A stretch of 64,000 nucleotides of DNA from Salpingoeca rosetta (Eukaryota > Protista > Choanoflagellata), in assembly GCA_033442325.1 (NCBI GenBank), contig JAWQFM010000011.1, positions 717,957-781,956 on the forward strand, written 5' to 3'. A model generated the notes under the pieces. The model was not told the DNA's origin. It ran no database searches and was given only the letters and a program-made list of their open reading frames with translations. A program made the translations under genes and the position numbers. Shown in pieces: positions 45,263 through 57,894 of the stretch (its first letter is position 1; each line of letters starts with the position of its first letter).

Positions 45263-46453
45263 TCACGCTTTGCAGCATGATGAAGGGAGACAGAACAAGC
45301 AGCCACCCTTCTTGAAGTAACAAACGGCAGCGGCAGCGCCGACAACAAATGCAAGGGGCCCAAGCACGGCGGGGCAGGCAAGTGAGGCAAACAGGCCCTT
45401 GCTGGGCATGGTAACGAAGCTGCTCTTGGAGGCGCCGACAAAGTTTGGCGGCGGCTGCATCTGCGCCTTGTCGCCGTCGGTGAGGGCAAGCCAGCTCTGT
45501 GGTTTGAGAAAGTGGTCATAGAGGTAGCTCTCCTTGCTGCCCGCGGGCGGCTTGTACTCGTAGACCCAGTGCACGGTGGCGGGAAGGGAGACGAGGATGG
45601 ACTCTGCGCGGCCATTGGACATGAGGCCAAACTTGGTGCCGCGATCGTAGGCGAGGTTGAACTCGACGTAGCGGCCGCGGCGGTACAGCTGGAACTCGCG
45701 TTGGGCAATGGTGAAGGAGATGTTGCCGTTGGGCAGGAAGATGGAGTAGAGCTCGTTGAAGGTGCGGCCGAGAGCCATGGTGAAGTTTTTGGCGTGCTCG
45801 AAGCTGTCGCCCTGGAAGTGGTCGTAGAAGATGCCGCCGATGCCGCGCGTCTCATTTCGGTGCGGGAGGAAGAAGTACTTGTCGCACCACTCCTTCCACT
45901 CGCCATAGGGCACGTGGTGGGCGTCGCAGAGCTGCTTGAGGTCGGCGTGGAAGGCGATGGCCTGCTCCAGGATCGGGTAGGTTGGCGTGACATCGATGCC
46001 GCCACCAAACCACCACTTCTCGCCGCAGATGAAGAAGCGCACGTTCATGTGGATGGTGGGCACGTACGGGTTGGAGGGGTGGAAGATGAGGGAGACGCCC
46101 GTGGCGCGGTAGGGCGTGTTCTCCGGGATGTTGAGGGCGCTGGTGGCCGACTTTGGCATGTTGTCGCCGTGGATGCCGGAGAAGTTGCAGGCGCCCTTCT
46201 CGAAGAAGGAGCGAGGGGTGCGCTCCGGGCGCAGCTCCCAGGGGCTGGCGTTGCCGCCTTGCGACTGGAGGTAGTGGCGGCGGTCCACCTCAAGCACGCG
46301 CGTGCGGCCGCCACCCTTGCCTTTCGTGTAGGGCCACTCCGTCTCCTCAAACACTTGTCCAGAGAAGGATGACAGAAACGAGGTGATGTGGTCTTGCACA
46401 GCACGGAACTCCTGCTCCAGTGCATCCACTTGCTGCATCGATGGCGTCGTCAT
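45263..46453 (-). CDS. hemF: Oxygen-dependent coproporphyrinogen III oxidase, intronless, with a C-terminal hydrophobic tail
   Basis: GGGRTRVL, FEKGACNFS, ATGVSLIFHPSNPYVPTIHMNVRFF, WWFGGG, WCDKYFFLPHRNETRGIGGIFYD, RRGRYVEFNLAYDRGTKFGL. Confidence 0.97.
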   Translation of the reverse strand: MTTPSMQQVDALEQEFRAVQDHITSFLSSFSGQVFEETEWPYTKGKGGGRTRVLEVDRRHYLQSQGGNASPWELRPERTPRSFFEKGACNFSGIHGDNMPKSATSALNIPENTPYRATGVSLIFHPSNPYVPTIHMNVRFFICGEKWWFGGGIDVTPTYPILEQAIAFHADLKQLCDAHHVPYGEWKEWCDKYFFLPHRNETRGIGGIFYDHFQGDSFEHAKNFTMALGRTFNELYSIFLPNGNISFTIAQREFQLYRRGRYVEFNLAYDRGTKFGLMSNGRAESILVSLPATVHWVYEYKPPAGSKESYLYDHFLKPQSWLALTDGDKAQMQPPPNFVGASKSSFVTMPSKGLFASLACPAVLGPLAFVVGAAAAVCYFKKGGCLFCLPSSCCKA

Positions 46454-46803
46454 CTTGGGATGTGTGTGTGTGTGGGGGGGGGGGGGAAGGTGTTGTCGCG
46501 TGGTGGGGAGTGTTCGGTTTCTGGTGTTGTGAGTGGTGTTCGGTGGTGTGTGTGAATGGTGTGTGCGAGCTGCAGCCAGGTAGGTAGGTCAGGAGAGGTT
46601 TCAGGGTGTTGTAGGAAGGGGGAGTGAGGCTTGAGGAGAAGCAGAAGTGAAGAAGGCGTGCGTGAAAGCTTGCTCTGTCACGCAAGCGTGTGCGATATTG
46701 GGTGGAGGTGTGCAGTGGTTGGCGTGGCGGTTGTGATGGTGATGCAAGATGTGTGTGCGGGGGATTTGCTGCTGCGGGAAATCTCCAAGGCAAATAACCA
46801 CAA

Positions 46804-46931
46804 GCGCCCGTGGTCCAATGGTTAGGATTCATCCCTTCCATGTGCCCATATGCAGAGGACATCGGTTCGATGCCCCCCTACATGAAGCCACGGCCAGTAG
46901 AGAGGATGAGGTTCGATTCCCGGCGGGCGTA
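46804..46931 (+). pseudogene. tRNA-Gly(TCC)-like pseudogene with expanded intron
   Basis: Acceptor GCGCCCG/CGGGCGT, D arm, anticodon stem CATCC/GGATG with CTTCCA, ~60 nt insert after base 37; 5' strand of T stem deleted; followed by a T run. Confidence 0.75.
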
Positions 46932-47440
46932 TATCTTTTTTTTTTCGCCCGGCAGGGCATGGCTATGCCCAACGTGTCCCCTTGTAGCGCACTCTCTGCT
47001 GCATCTGTCAGCCAAGTTTCACCTTCATACCTCCATCTGAACCACCCCTACCACCCATTCTTTCACACAGTGTGCAGCGAACAACGAACGCACAGTTCTC
47101 CTTGTCTCTTCGATTCCCGGCGGGCGTATATCTTTTTTTTTCGCCCGGCATGGCTATGCCCAACGTGTAGTAACCTTGTAGCGCACTCTCTGCTGCATCT
47201 GTCAGCCAAGTTTCACCTTCATACCTCCATCTGAACCACCCCTACCACCCATTCTTTCACACAGTGTGCAGTGAACAATGAACGCACAGTTCTCCTTGTC
47301 TCTTCGATTCCCGGCGGGCGTATATCTTTTTTTTTTCGCCCGGCATGGCTATGCCCAACGTGTCCCCTTGTAGCGCACTCTCTGCTGCATCTAGGCATCT
47401 GTCAGCCGAGTCTCACCTTCATAGCTCCATCTGAACCACC
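46912..47440 (+). repeat. ~195 bp tandem repeat (about 2.7 units) starting with the tRNA 3' end and poly-T
   Basis: TTCGATTCCCGGCGGGCGTATATCT(n) recurs at 46912, 47109 and 47303. Confidence 0.9.
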
Positions 47441-47783
47441 ACTACGACTCGTACTCGTTGTTCAAAGAAGGAACGCTGCATTTCTCTCCTTCACTCTTCC
47501 ACTGCCTCTTCTTCGCTTCGTCGCTTCTTCGCTTCTTGCTTCTTGCTCTTGCTTGCTTCTTGCGGGCTTTTTTTGTGCTTGTTGTTGTTCACCTTTGTGA
47601 CTGTTGTGTTGGCCCTCTTGTCAACCCCCACTGACCTACTGACTGCTGCTGTGAACAACACACCACAGCACACCACAGCACACCAAGAGAAGAAGAGAGT
47701 CTAACGCTGTCTTCTTGGATTATCCACGCCTGCAGCACGCCAGCACGCAAGCGCTTACTTCTCAAAAGCACACACACACACAC

Positions 47784-47870
<87 letters not shown>

Positions 47871-47872
<2 letters not shown>

Positions 47873-49343
47873 GTCGCTGGGAGACATGGCCAAGACCCGC
47901 GAGGTGCTGGTCGATTTGGGGGACGACTCTGGTGGTGAAGACGGCAAGGACAATCACCGCACATTGGGGGTGGGGCTTGTCGGAGCAACAAACCTCGATA
48001 TCGGCGACCAGCCCGGCGTCTACGTGTCGCGCGTGGACGACGACTGCACCGCGGCCTTGCACGTCGGTGACCAGATCCTGTCAGTGGCAACCACGGACTG
48101 GCGCATCGACACCACAGCCTCCACCTTGCCCGTGCGTTGCTGGCACAGCGTGCACTGCTTTTACCCTCCTTCATCATGGCCGTTGCATTGTCGTTGCATT
48201 GTCGTTGCGGTGGTCTCGCTGTGGCGGTGGTGGTGGTGAACTGATGGTTACAGCCCAGGCTCCCTGCATGTGCCACAGCGACGCCTTTGCTTGCTTGTGG
48301 CTGCACACTGTGATCCCCACTTGTCTCACGTATTCACACGCACACACGTTAACCACTACACGCATTCGCACCCGATTGTAGGAGGTACTGGACCATTTGA
48401 AGGACGCCATGCAGGCGGCTTCTGTCATCAAGCTGGTCGTTCGTCAAAACCAAGAAGGTGAGCGTTCATGTGCATGCGTGTGGCTGCCAACTATGCAGCT
48501 GCATGTGCCCTTGTTCTTGGGCCTTGCCACATACCCTGCCTGGCCTGTATCCTTCCGACATGGGCTGTGTACCCGTACTTACCTGACACGTACGGTTGCG
48601 TTCACCTTTCCTCCCGTGTGCACGTGCTGCATTTCACCGACACGGCCTCTTCATCACCCTCGATCCCATGTATCGCTCTGCGCTCAGGGTTTGCCGCGTT
48701 TCGAAAAGTTGTGGAGCACAACCACGGCACCACGACAAACACAGCGGAAGAGGACGGGCACGCTTCTCCAGCGAATCAGCACGCCAAGGGGCCAGCGTCC
48801 TCGTCGCTGTCAGCTTCACGGGCCCCCGGCAGTGCGCAGCAGAGCGCCACCACGCGGCACCAAACGGTCACGACAGATGCGTCCAACGAGGACCGCCACG
48901 TGTGGCTCGGTATCGATGCACTCGTCCACCACAAGCCCGAGGAAGCAGAAGCACACTTTGCTGCTGCACTACAGGTCACCCTCGACGACGCGCTGGAACA
49001 GAGGTGTGGTGCCGGTGGTGTCTACTTATGGTGGTAGCGTCGTTTGTTGCTGCCAGTGACTCCTGCGAATGATTGTCACGAGACAACGGCCTGTGCACGT
49101 TGACGACCCAGACCCACCTGTCACACGCGTGCGCTTGCTCGTCCCCCCCCCCCCCCAACTTCCTCACTGTTAACACTTGCTCCCAGGATTGCTGCATTGG
49201 CTGCTACATCCGATCCTGCGTTTGCGCAAAAAGCGTGGCAGAAGGACTTGGAGGAGCTGAAACGACACAAGGGCTACATCCACTACCTTCACGGCGTCGC
49301 ATTCACCCACGCCCAGCGCCCAAGGTGGTTTGTACGCCCGCGT

Positions 49344-49374
<31 letters not shown>

Positions 49375-50816
49375 ACGTGTGTATGTATGTATGTATGTAT
49401 GTATGTACGTGTATATGTATGTATGTATGTACGTGTGTGCGTATGTATGTATGTATGTATGTATGTATGTATGTATGTATGTATGTATGTATGTGTATGT
49501 ATGTATGTGTGTGTATGTGAAGGTCTCTCCGCCCATCCGCTGCTGTCTCCCCCTCCCCTCTCTCCACATTACTCTTCTCACGTCACCACGTGTCACAACT
49601 GTATTGCCGTGCGTGCTTGTGTGCACAGGGATGCGCAGCACAGCATGCTTGAAGCGACGCGCGTGGTATGCTTGTGAACTGGGAGGAGACGTGGGTGGAC
49701 ACGCACACCTGTGGGGCAACACCGTGCACGCACGCACGCACGCACGCACATACGCACGCACACACACACACTTCCTCTTCGTCTCTTTGCCACAGCTAAC
49801 ACCAGTCGCCTACTCGCTAATCACACATACACACACATACACACACATATATACACACACTCTCTCACACTCTCACACACTCTCACACATACATACATAC
49901 ATTCTCTCTTTCTTACACCAGCTGCTGCCGTGGTATTACCACCCAAGTTTGCTCATCAACTTGAGCGATGCAGACTTCCACCACACCGTCAGCCGCGTGC
50001 TCATCAACAAAGGACTGGTCAGTTGTACCCCAAACGCACGTGTGCAATGTCCCGCAAGCGTCCATGCTTTGTGCTTGCGTGCGCGAGCGAGCGACTGTGT
50101 CTTCGCTTCACTCATCATTCATCGGCGCTGGCGTGCTCGTTTCGGTCTTGCATGTCCACCCACCAACCGCGACAGTACCGCTCTGCCATCATTGCCATCA
50201 GCGAGGCGCGCAGGATACGCGGGGAGGACGTGAGTACGGTCGCCGTGTGCTCTGCGCCTGTCACACACCTTTGTTTGCACACACACACACATACATACGC
50301 ACATACGCACACACACACACATACGCACATACGCACATATACTCACTCACTCTCTCACTCTCTCTCACATACGCACATACTCACTCACTCACTCACACAC
50401 ACTCTCTCTCTCACACACACTTACGCATATACTCACTCACTCACACACACACACGTTAGGATTATCTTGCTGATGAGCTGTCGTTTGCGCGGCATTTGCT
50501 CGCACAGCAGCAGCAGTATTGGCACCAGCAGCAGCAGCAGCAACGGAGCGACGGCGACTCTGATGATGACGAGGAGGATGAGAGTGATGAAGATGACGGG
50601 GGTGATGAGGAAGGTAGTGCCGATGTCGGTGAAGGTGAAGGTGGTGGTGGTATGGTCGACGGTGACGGCAGCAGCAGCGTGGAGGCCGTGCCTGATCAAG
50701 AAGCCAACCACAACACCAGTCATGGTGACAACGGCGTTGACGACGTTGACGAAGATGACGACGACGACGAAGTTGATGATGATGTCGACGATGATGATGA
50801 CGATGATGAGCAGTGA
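47871..50816 (+). CDS. PDZ-domain protein with a helical (TPR-like?) region and acidic tail, spliced
   Basis: RTLGVGLVG..PGVYVSRV..ALHVGDQILSV..EVLDHLK..IKLVVR; D/E-rich last exon. Confidence 0.75.
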
Positions 50817-50941
50817 GCAGTGAGCATGGAAGCAAGAAAGGAATCGGGTCAAACAGTAAACGCGATCATGTCACAGTGTATTGACATACAAGACAGCGTC
50901 AGAAGAGAACTTTCCCTCCACACACTCACCACACAACAGCA

Positions 50942-50979
<38 letters not shown>

Positions 50980-51103
50980 TCACACACACACACGTTCGAC
51001 TCGCTGCCTCAACTTGAAGTCGTGCCAATCCACGCAAAGAGCGTTCTTCCCAACTCTTCTCTGTTGTCTTGACACTTTTGTTGCCAGCTCATCGCCACGC
51101 AAG

Positions 51104-53382
51104 ATGATGGTGGTGGGAAGGACAGCAGTAGCCGCGCCTGCACTTGTCAGTGGAGCAGTGGTGGTGGGGCTGTGGCTCGCTGCGGGGCTGGTGGGTGTGG
51201 CGGTTGCACAGCAGACATGCGAGCCCCAGTACGATGGCTTCCCCTTCGCGAGATGCAGCCCAACAGAGACGCAGTGCGAGGTGCAGTGTCTGCTCAGCTC
51301 CCAGACCATCGCGTGCAGCGACTTTGGTGACACAGAGGCGTGCACCCCAGACATCTGCACGGTGTGCACGTGCGAGCGCCGCGATTCCGACAGGTCCATC
51401 CAGAAGGTCCTGTGTGAGGACGCCGTGCAAGCGTGGCCGCAGGGCCTTCCCCTCCGCACGAACCAGTTCACCTGGCGTGTGGACCAGGGCGCCACCGCCA
51501 ACATTGGCGAGCTGCGCTCATCCTTGTTTCGTCCAGGCACCTCGCTGAGCGTCCTCAAGCTCCTTGGTGTGGGGCTGACATCCGTTGCCCCAGACACGTT
51601 CCAGCACCTGACAGACTTCATGCTGCTCAACATCGCCGGCACAGACCTCGTGGACCTGCCATGGGAGAGCCTGCGCGCCATCCCCACCCTCAAGTACATC
51701 GAGGTGTTTGGCAACAAGCTCACGGCCGTTGACTTCAACCTCCTGCCAAACAACAACGGCATCTTCAAGGCGTTCGAGGCCCAAAGCAACATGATCACCA
51801 GCGTCACGCCTCTCCAGCCCGGGCTTGTTCACTCGTCCATCCTCACCCTCAAGCTTGACGACAACCTCATCTCAAAGCCAGAGAACCTCACGCGCGGCAT
51901 GCCCAACCTGGACATGCTCGCCGTGGGCGGCAACCGCTTCACCTACCTGCCGCGCTCGCTGTTCGACCCCAACGCACACTCCATCACGCGCCTGTTTCTC
52001 TCCAACTCTGCGATTGTGCACGTTCCCTTTGGCGTCATCACGGACGTCATGGCGGTGCCGGCGGTGGGTGACGCGCACATGCTCGTCATGACCGGCAGCC
52101 CATCGTACTGCGAGTCCACCGTGAGGCAGGGCACGCAGCGGCCAACCTACCTTGACCTCACGTGCACCTGTCGCCAGCACTTCCGTGATGACGGCATCAT
52201 CGCCAACATAGTCAATGCCACCCACTGCCCTCTCGCGCGCAAATTCCAGTGCCCCGTGCAGCGGGATGGCAACCTGCCCATCCGCGTTGACCAGTTCTGT
52301 GATGGCAAGCAGGACTGTATCGACGGCTCTGATGAAGGCTTTGGGAATGGTGGGTGTAGACAGTCGGGCCAGCTTCGGTCCCAGGACCCACCCAACTGCT
52401 TGTACACGCTGCTCGGCCTGAATGCAACCCACAACCTGCGCTTTCTCGTCCAAATACGCAGTGGCAGCGTGCTGGGGCGCCTACTCATTGACAACCTGAA
52501 CGACAAGGAGGCTGCCAAGATGAAAGGGGTTCTGTATGATGTGCGGCAAACCCCTGAGGATCTTGGCGCGCGTGTTACCGGATACTTGCTGGATATTCCA
52601 GCATCTTACGCTCCCCTCCCCTTCAGGTGTGTTTGTTTGCGAGAGTGCGTGTGTGTGTGTGTGTGTGTATGTGTCTGTGTGTGTGCGTACGTGTGTGTGT
52701 GTGTGTGTGTGCGTACGTGTGTGTGTCTGTGTGTGTGTCTGTGTGTGTCTGTGTGTGTGCGTGTGTGCGTGTCTTTGTGCCTGTGTGTATGTACGCGTGT
52801 GGACACTTTGTATGCGCGGGTCTATCCTCTCGTGCGCGTGTGACCATTCCATGCTATGTGCGTGCTCACACTTCGTCTTGCTAGCATTATCACCGTTGCC
52901 TTTGTTACTTATTCCCAAACTACACCCGCATGCGCACACGCACGCCCACACACCAGGGCCGTGTCGTTCTTCAACACGGTGACGGACCTGCGGATCTACG
53001 CGGCGGGCGATTCAAACGATGAAATCTGCAGAACACAGTTCTCGTTTGACAATCGCACCAGGAACACGCAGGGCGAGTGGTTCCGCTTTCCGGAAACGGT
53101 TGAAGACAACCCTTCACTTTTGTCCACGCTCCCAAACTACCGTGAGGCGGTGGAGGGCGTGGCGCGGATCGACACAACCCCCACACCAGGGGTCTCAACA
53201 AGTGCTGCTGTATCCACGACGAGTGGCGGCTCCATTGATCGCTCGCGTGGCGGCAGTGACGCTGGCGCCATTGTTGGCGGTGTTGTAGGCGTTCTCATCG
53301 CCATCTCCATCCTTGCAGCCGTCTTCTACACGTATGCGCGACAGATTGTGTGTGCGTCTGTCTGCCTGTGCGTGTGTGTCTG

Positions 53383-53413
<31 letters not shown>

Positions 53414-53482
53414 GTGTGTGTGTGTTTGTGTGTGTTTGTGTGTATCTTGTATATGTGTGTGTGGTTGTGTGTATCTTGTATA

Positions 53483-53515
<33 letters not shown>

Positions 53516-53884
53516 CTGTGTGTCTGTGTGTCTGTGTGTGTGTGTGTGTGTGTGTGTCCTGCTTGCGTAGCAGTCTGCCCTGCGTACCCACCCTGCCTCC
53601 TTGTCTGTGTGCGCGTGCTTTGCCGTGTCACGTGCAAGCTCATGTCACGACACACTGGAGCTCATCTTCACGTCGACCATCCACTCTGCCAGGCGTCGTG
53701 CCCGCACCAAGACGGGCCCTGCAGGGGTGCATGCACTCGCTGCTGCGGACATTGAGGCCTTGGATCTGCAGCAGCAGCGCATTCAGCGCGAACTTGAGCG
53801 GTGCAATGTCCTCATTAAGGACCTTGCTGCCCCCGACACCGCAGACTCAAAGCTGCCACAGGCACAGAGGTTGGCGTGCGTCTG

Positions 53885-53929
<45 letters not shown>

Positions 53930-53932
53930 CTG

Positions 53933-53981
<49 letters not shown>

Positions 53982-54485
53982 AAATGTGTGCAAATGTGTG
54001 CAAATGTGTGTATGTTCCTGTGCCCTTGCACTCGTTCCTTCAGCCGCGCCTCGCTGTGATGCACTCACAAATCACTACGCCATGTGCAGGTCGAGCGTAG
54101 TTTTGCACGAGCAGCTTGGGCGCGGCGCCTTTGGTGTTGTGTTCAGAGCAACCTGGCGAAGGCGTGGCCAGCCACGGTCAGCACTTGAGCATGTGTGTGC
54201 GGAGGTGTGCGTGTGCGGAGGTGTGTTTGTGTGTGTGTGAGTGAGTGAATGAGTGAGTGAGTGAGTGAGTGAGTGAGTGTGAGTGTGAGTGTGTGTGTGG
54301 GAGCAAGAAACCCGCACACACGCACGCCACACTCACTCACTCACTCACTCACACACACACACACACACACTCACTCATTCACTCACTCGCACTCACACAC
54401 ACTCACTCACACACACACACACACTCACTCACTCACTCACTCACACACTCACTCACTCACTCACACACACACACACACACACACA

Positions 54486-54552
<67 letters not shown>

Positions 54553-55268
54553 AATCACTCACTCACGTGTTCCACCCCATTGGCCACGGCCACATGCAGG
54601 GAGGTGGCTGTAAAGACGTTTCCGGAGGGCCCGGTGCCGCTGGACGACCAGGCCGCGTTCCTCGTCGAGGCGCAGCTCATGGGCGTGCTGAGGTGCGATG
54701 GCAGAAGACCGAGTCGTGCCACTTGCTTGTGTTTGCGCCTGTGCTTTGTGCTTGTGGTTTTTCTTTGTTTTCTGTTTGTGCGTTGGCACGTACGTCTTAT
54801 GTTTGTTGGTGTCTGTGTGTGTGTGTGTGTGTGTGTGCGCGCACTGATTTTCACTTGTGCTCGTGCGTGTGCTCAAACCACCATTGCATAACATCGTGCG
54901 TGCACGTTTATTCCGGCTCAACTCGTTGCGCACGTACGCACGCACGCACCAGACATCCGTGCTTGGTTGCTGCTTTGGCGCTGTGCAGTGGGGACTCTGA
55001 GCCGCCTCTTCTCATCATGGAGTTTCTGCAAGGCGGAAACCTGAGAGAGTGCGTACACACAAACACGCGCTGTCGCACGAACACACAAACACCGACACAA
55101 ACACAAATGCACAGCGCGATCTACCATGTCAACTCGTATTTCTCACTTGCCTGACACTTCTTCCGTTTGCATGCTCTGACTGCAGTTATCTTCGCACGGC
55201 CACGGCCACGCCTCAACTTCTTCCAACATGGGGACAGGTGTGCATGTGCGTGTGTGGGGAGGGGGTGC

Positions 55269-55319
<51 letters not shown>

Positions 55320-55953
55320 TGCGGGGTTAGCACCTGTTGTTACAACTGCTGCTGCTGCTGCTACTGCTGCTGCTGCTGCTGCTGTTGTTGTTGTAACTTC
55401 TTTGGTGCTTTGTACATTTGTTCTTGTTTTCCTCTTGGCTCACGTTTGATGTGATTTGGCTTGCTTGTCGGTCGCGCAGCTGCTGCATGCCTGCATCTGC
55501 ATCGCTGACGGCATGGCCTACCTCGCCAGTCGAAAGTGAGACAGCATTTACGGAACCGCACTCATAAGCAGACGCAAGGCACACCACGCACATGTGAAAC
55601 AAGCACCAATCATATGCTACTTGTTTCTTGGTTCATGCCCTCATGTCCTCTTACGATGCACACACACACCCTACACACACATACACGCGCATGTGTGCAT
55701 GCAAATGTGCTCTCTGTGTTTTGTTGCTCATCCTCTCCTCTCCTCTCCTCTCCCCACCCTGGTCGCTTTGCCCAGTGTTGTGCACCGTGATCTGGCGTGT
55801 CGCAACGTGCTCGTTGGCGCGTCCCTGCAGGAAGACGTTAAGATCAGCGATTACGGCATGGCCCGCTACCTCAACCAATCAGATTACTACCGCCAGGTTG
55901 GGCTTGGCTCTGTGTGTGTGTGTGTGTTTGTATGTGTTTGTGTGTGTGTGTGT

Positions 55954-56002
<49 letters not shown>

Positions 56003-56575
56003 TATGTGTGTGTTCGTGTGTGTTCGTGTGTGTTCGTGTGTGTTCGTGTGTGTGTGCGTGCAATGACACTACGTGTTCGTGTGCGCGTGATCCAAATGTA
56101 CTCATGCTCTCCTCCTCTACACCCCCTCCCGCCACTTCTTATTCAGTCCTTTGATCGCGCACTGCCGATCCGCTGGATGGCGCCGGAGACGCTCGAGGAT
56201 GAAATCTGGACAACACAGAGTGACGTCTGGTGCGGCACTCACGGCTTATTTTGTTTGATTTGTTTATTTATTTATTTGTGGAGAGTATCGAATGAGAGTG
56301 TGTACATGCGTGGCTGTGGACTTGCGCTTGTTCGCGTGCATGCACTGTGGGATGTGTTCTCGTTGTCGCGTCTTGCCTTTCCTGCGGCTTCTCGCTGTGA
56401 TTGCAATCCTCCCACGTTGCGCGATGCCTTTAACGCAGGTCCTGCGGAGTCACGTTTTGGGAGGTGTTGACATGCGGACAGGTTGCTTCGATGCTGTGGT
56501 GTCTTCCTCAACGCGCCACGCTCGAACTGACCTGGCTCTTTGTGCTGGGCACACACACACACAGTGACTCACTCA

Positions 56576-56609
<34 letters not shown>

Positions 56610-57519
56610 CACTCTGACAAATACTCACTCACTCAACTCAATCAATCACACAACCCACTCACTCGCACGCGCGCGCTTTTTTTCACAGACACCATATCCC
56701 AAATTGCGGACCCAGGAGGTGTCGCGTGCGCATCACACAATGACGACGCACATGCCGCTGCCGCCAGCGTGCCCCATGCCCCTGTATGAGCCATGTCATG
56801 CGTTTGCAAACAAGCTCCCTGCTACCACGTTCATCGCATGCAGGCATTAACGCGCGCGCACGTGCACACTTCACACGCTAAACGCTTACACTCAATGCAC
56901 GGTTTTCGGTTCGCTGTCTCTTGCGCCTGGGCAGATATCAAGCCGTGATTGAGTGCTGGAAGGTGGATCCACACGCCCGTCCATCCTTTGACATCGTTCT
57001 TCGCCATCTCACACAAGTGGTGGGTTTCCGGTGGCTCCAGGTTGTTTTCGCTTGATTCTCGCTCGTAACTGTAGATGGGCGCAACTGCTGCTCTCGCGCA
57101 CGACCTTGATCCTCACTCACTCACTCACTCACTCACTCACTCACTCACTCACTCACTCACTCACTCACTCACTCACTCACTCACTCACTCACTCACTCAC
57201 TCACTCACTCACTCACTCACTCACTCACCACGCACCACCTGTGGTGCAGCGCGAGTCACTGCAGGCGTCTGGCGTGCTGAATCAGCAGTGCCCGCCGCCG
57301 CAAGCGCCAGTGAAATTGCCCGAGCCAGGATCGAGTGCCGCAACAACGACGACGACAACGACGACGATCGCATCAGCGTCATCACCATATGACTCGGCAG
57401 GAACAGCAAGGCTCATCCTGCAGCGGAGCGTGGATGCGACGGCCACCCCTCACCAGCGTTCTCCCGATCATCATGCGGATGGTGGGGACGATGAAGATGA
57501 TGGCGAGACTCGACTGTAA
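51104..57519 (+). CDS. Receptor tyrosine kinase: signal peptide, Cys-rich cap, LRRs, LDLa, TM, Tyr kinase
   Basis: Hydrophobic leader; LxxLxLxxN repeats; [17 protein letters not shown]; [23 protein letters not shown]; [36 protein letters not shown]; ends ETRL. Confidence 0.93.
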
Positions 57520-57802
57520 CTGGACTCTTTTGGGTTGTGTCGCTAGTTGACCTGATTTCATAGCCGTGTTGCATGACTTTCGTTCTTTGGCTGGCCTGTG
57601 TGGTGTGAGCGTGGTGTGGGTGCGGTTTCGTTCACTCGTTTGTGATGTGTGTTACTTGCTTGCTGTGCTCGTTTCCTTCTTCTCTTTGTTCTTCTTTTGT
57701 TTGTGTGCCTGGTAATGTTGGCTCGGATGGAGGTATGAACGGCTGACAGATGCAGTAGAGAGTCCGCTCCAAGACTACGGTACGGGCAAAAAAAAAAAGA
57801 AA

Positions 57803-57894
57803 TACGCCCGCCGGGAATCGAACCCGATCCTCAACCTTTCTACTGGCAACAAGCACTTGGAAGGGTTGAATCCTAGCCATTAGACCACAGGCGC
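57803..57894 (-). tRNA. tRNA-Gly(TCC) with a 20-nt canonical intron (57838-57857)
   Basis: Cloverleaf: acceptor GCGCCTG/CGGGCGT+A73, D arm, CAACC/GGTTG stem with CT-TCC-A, T loop TTCGATT; poly-T terminator. Confidence 0.9.

Noticed and set aside
46912-47440. CRISPR-like repeat array
   Set aside because: Whole units are near-identical with no unique spacers, no cas genes, eukaryotic context
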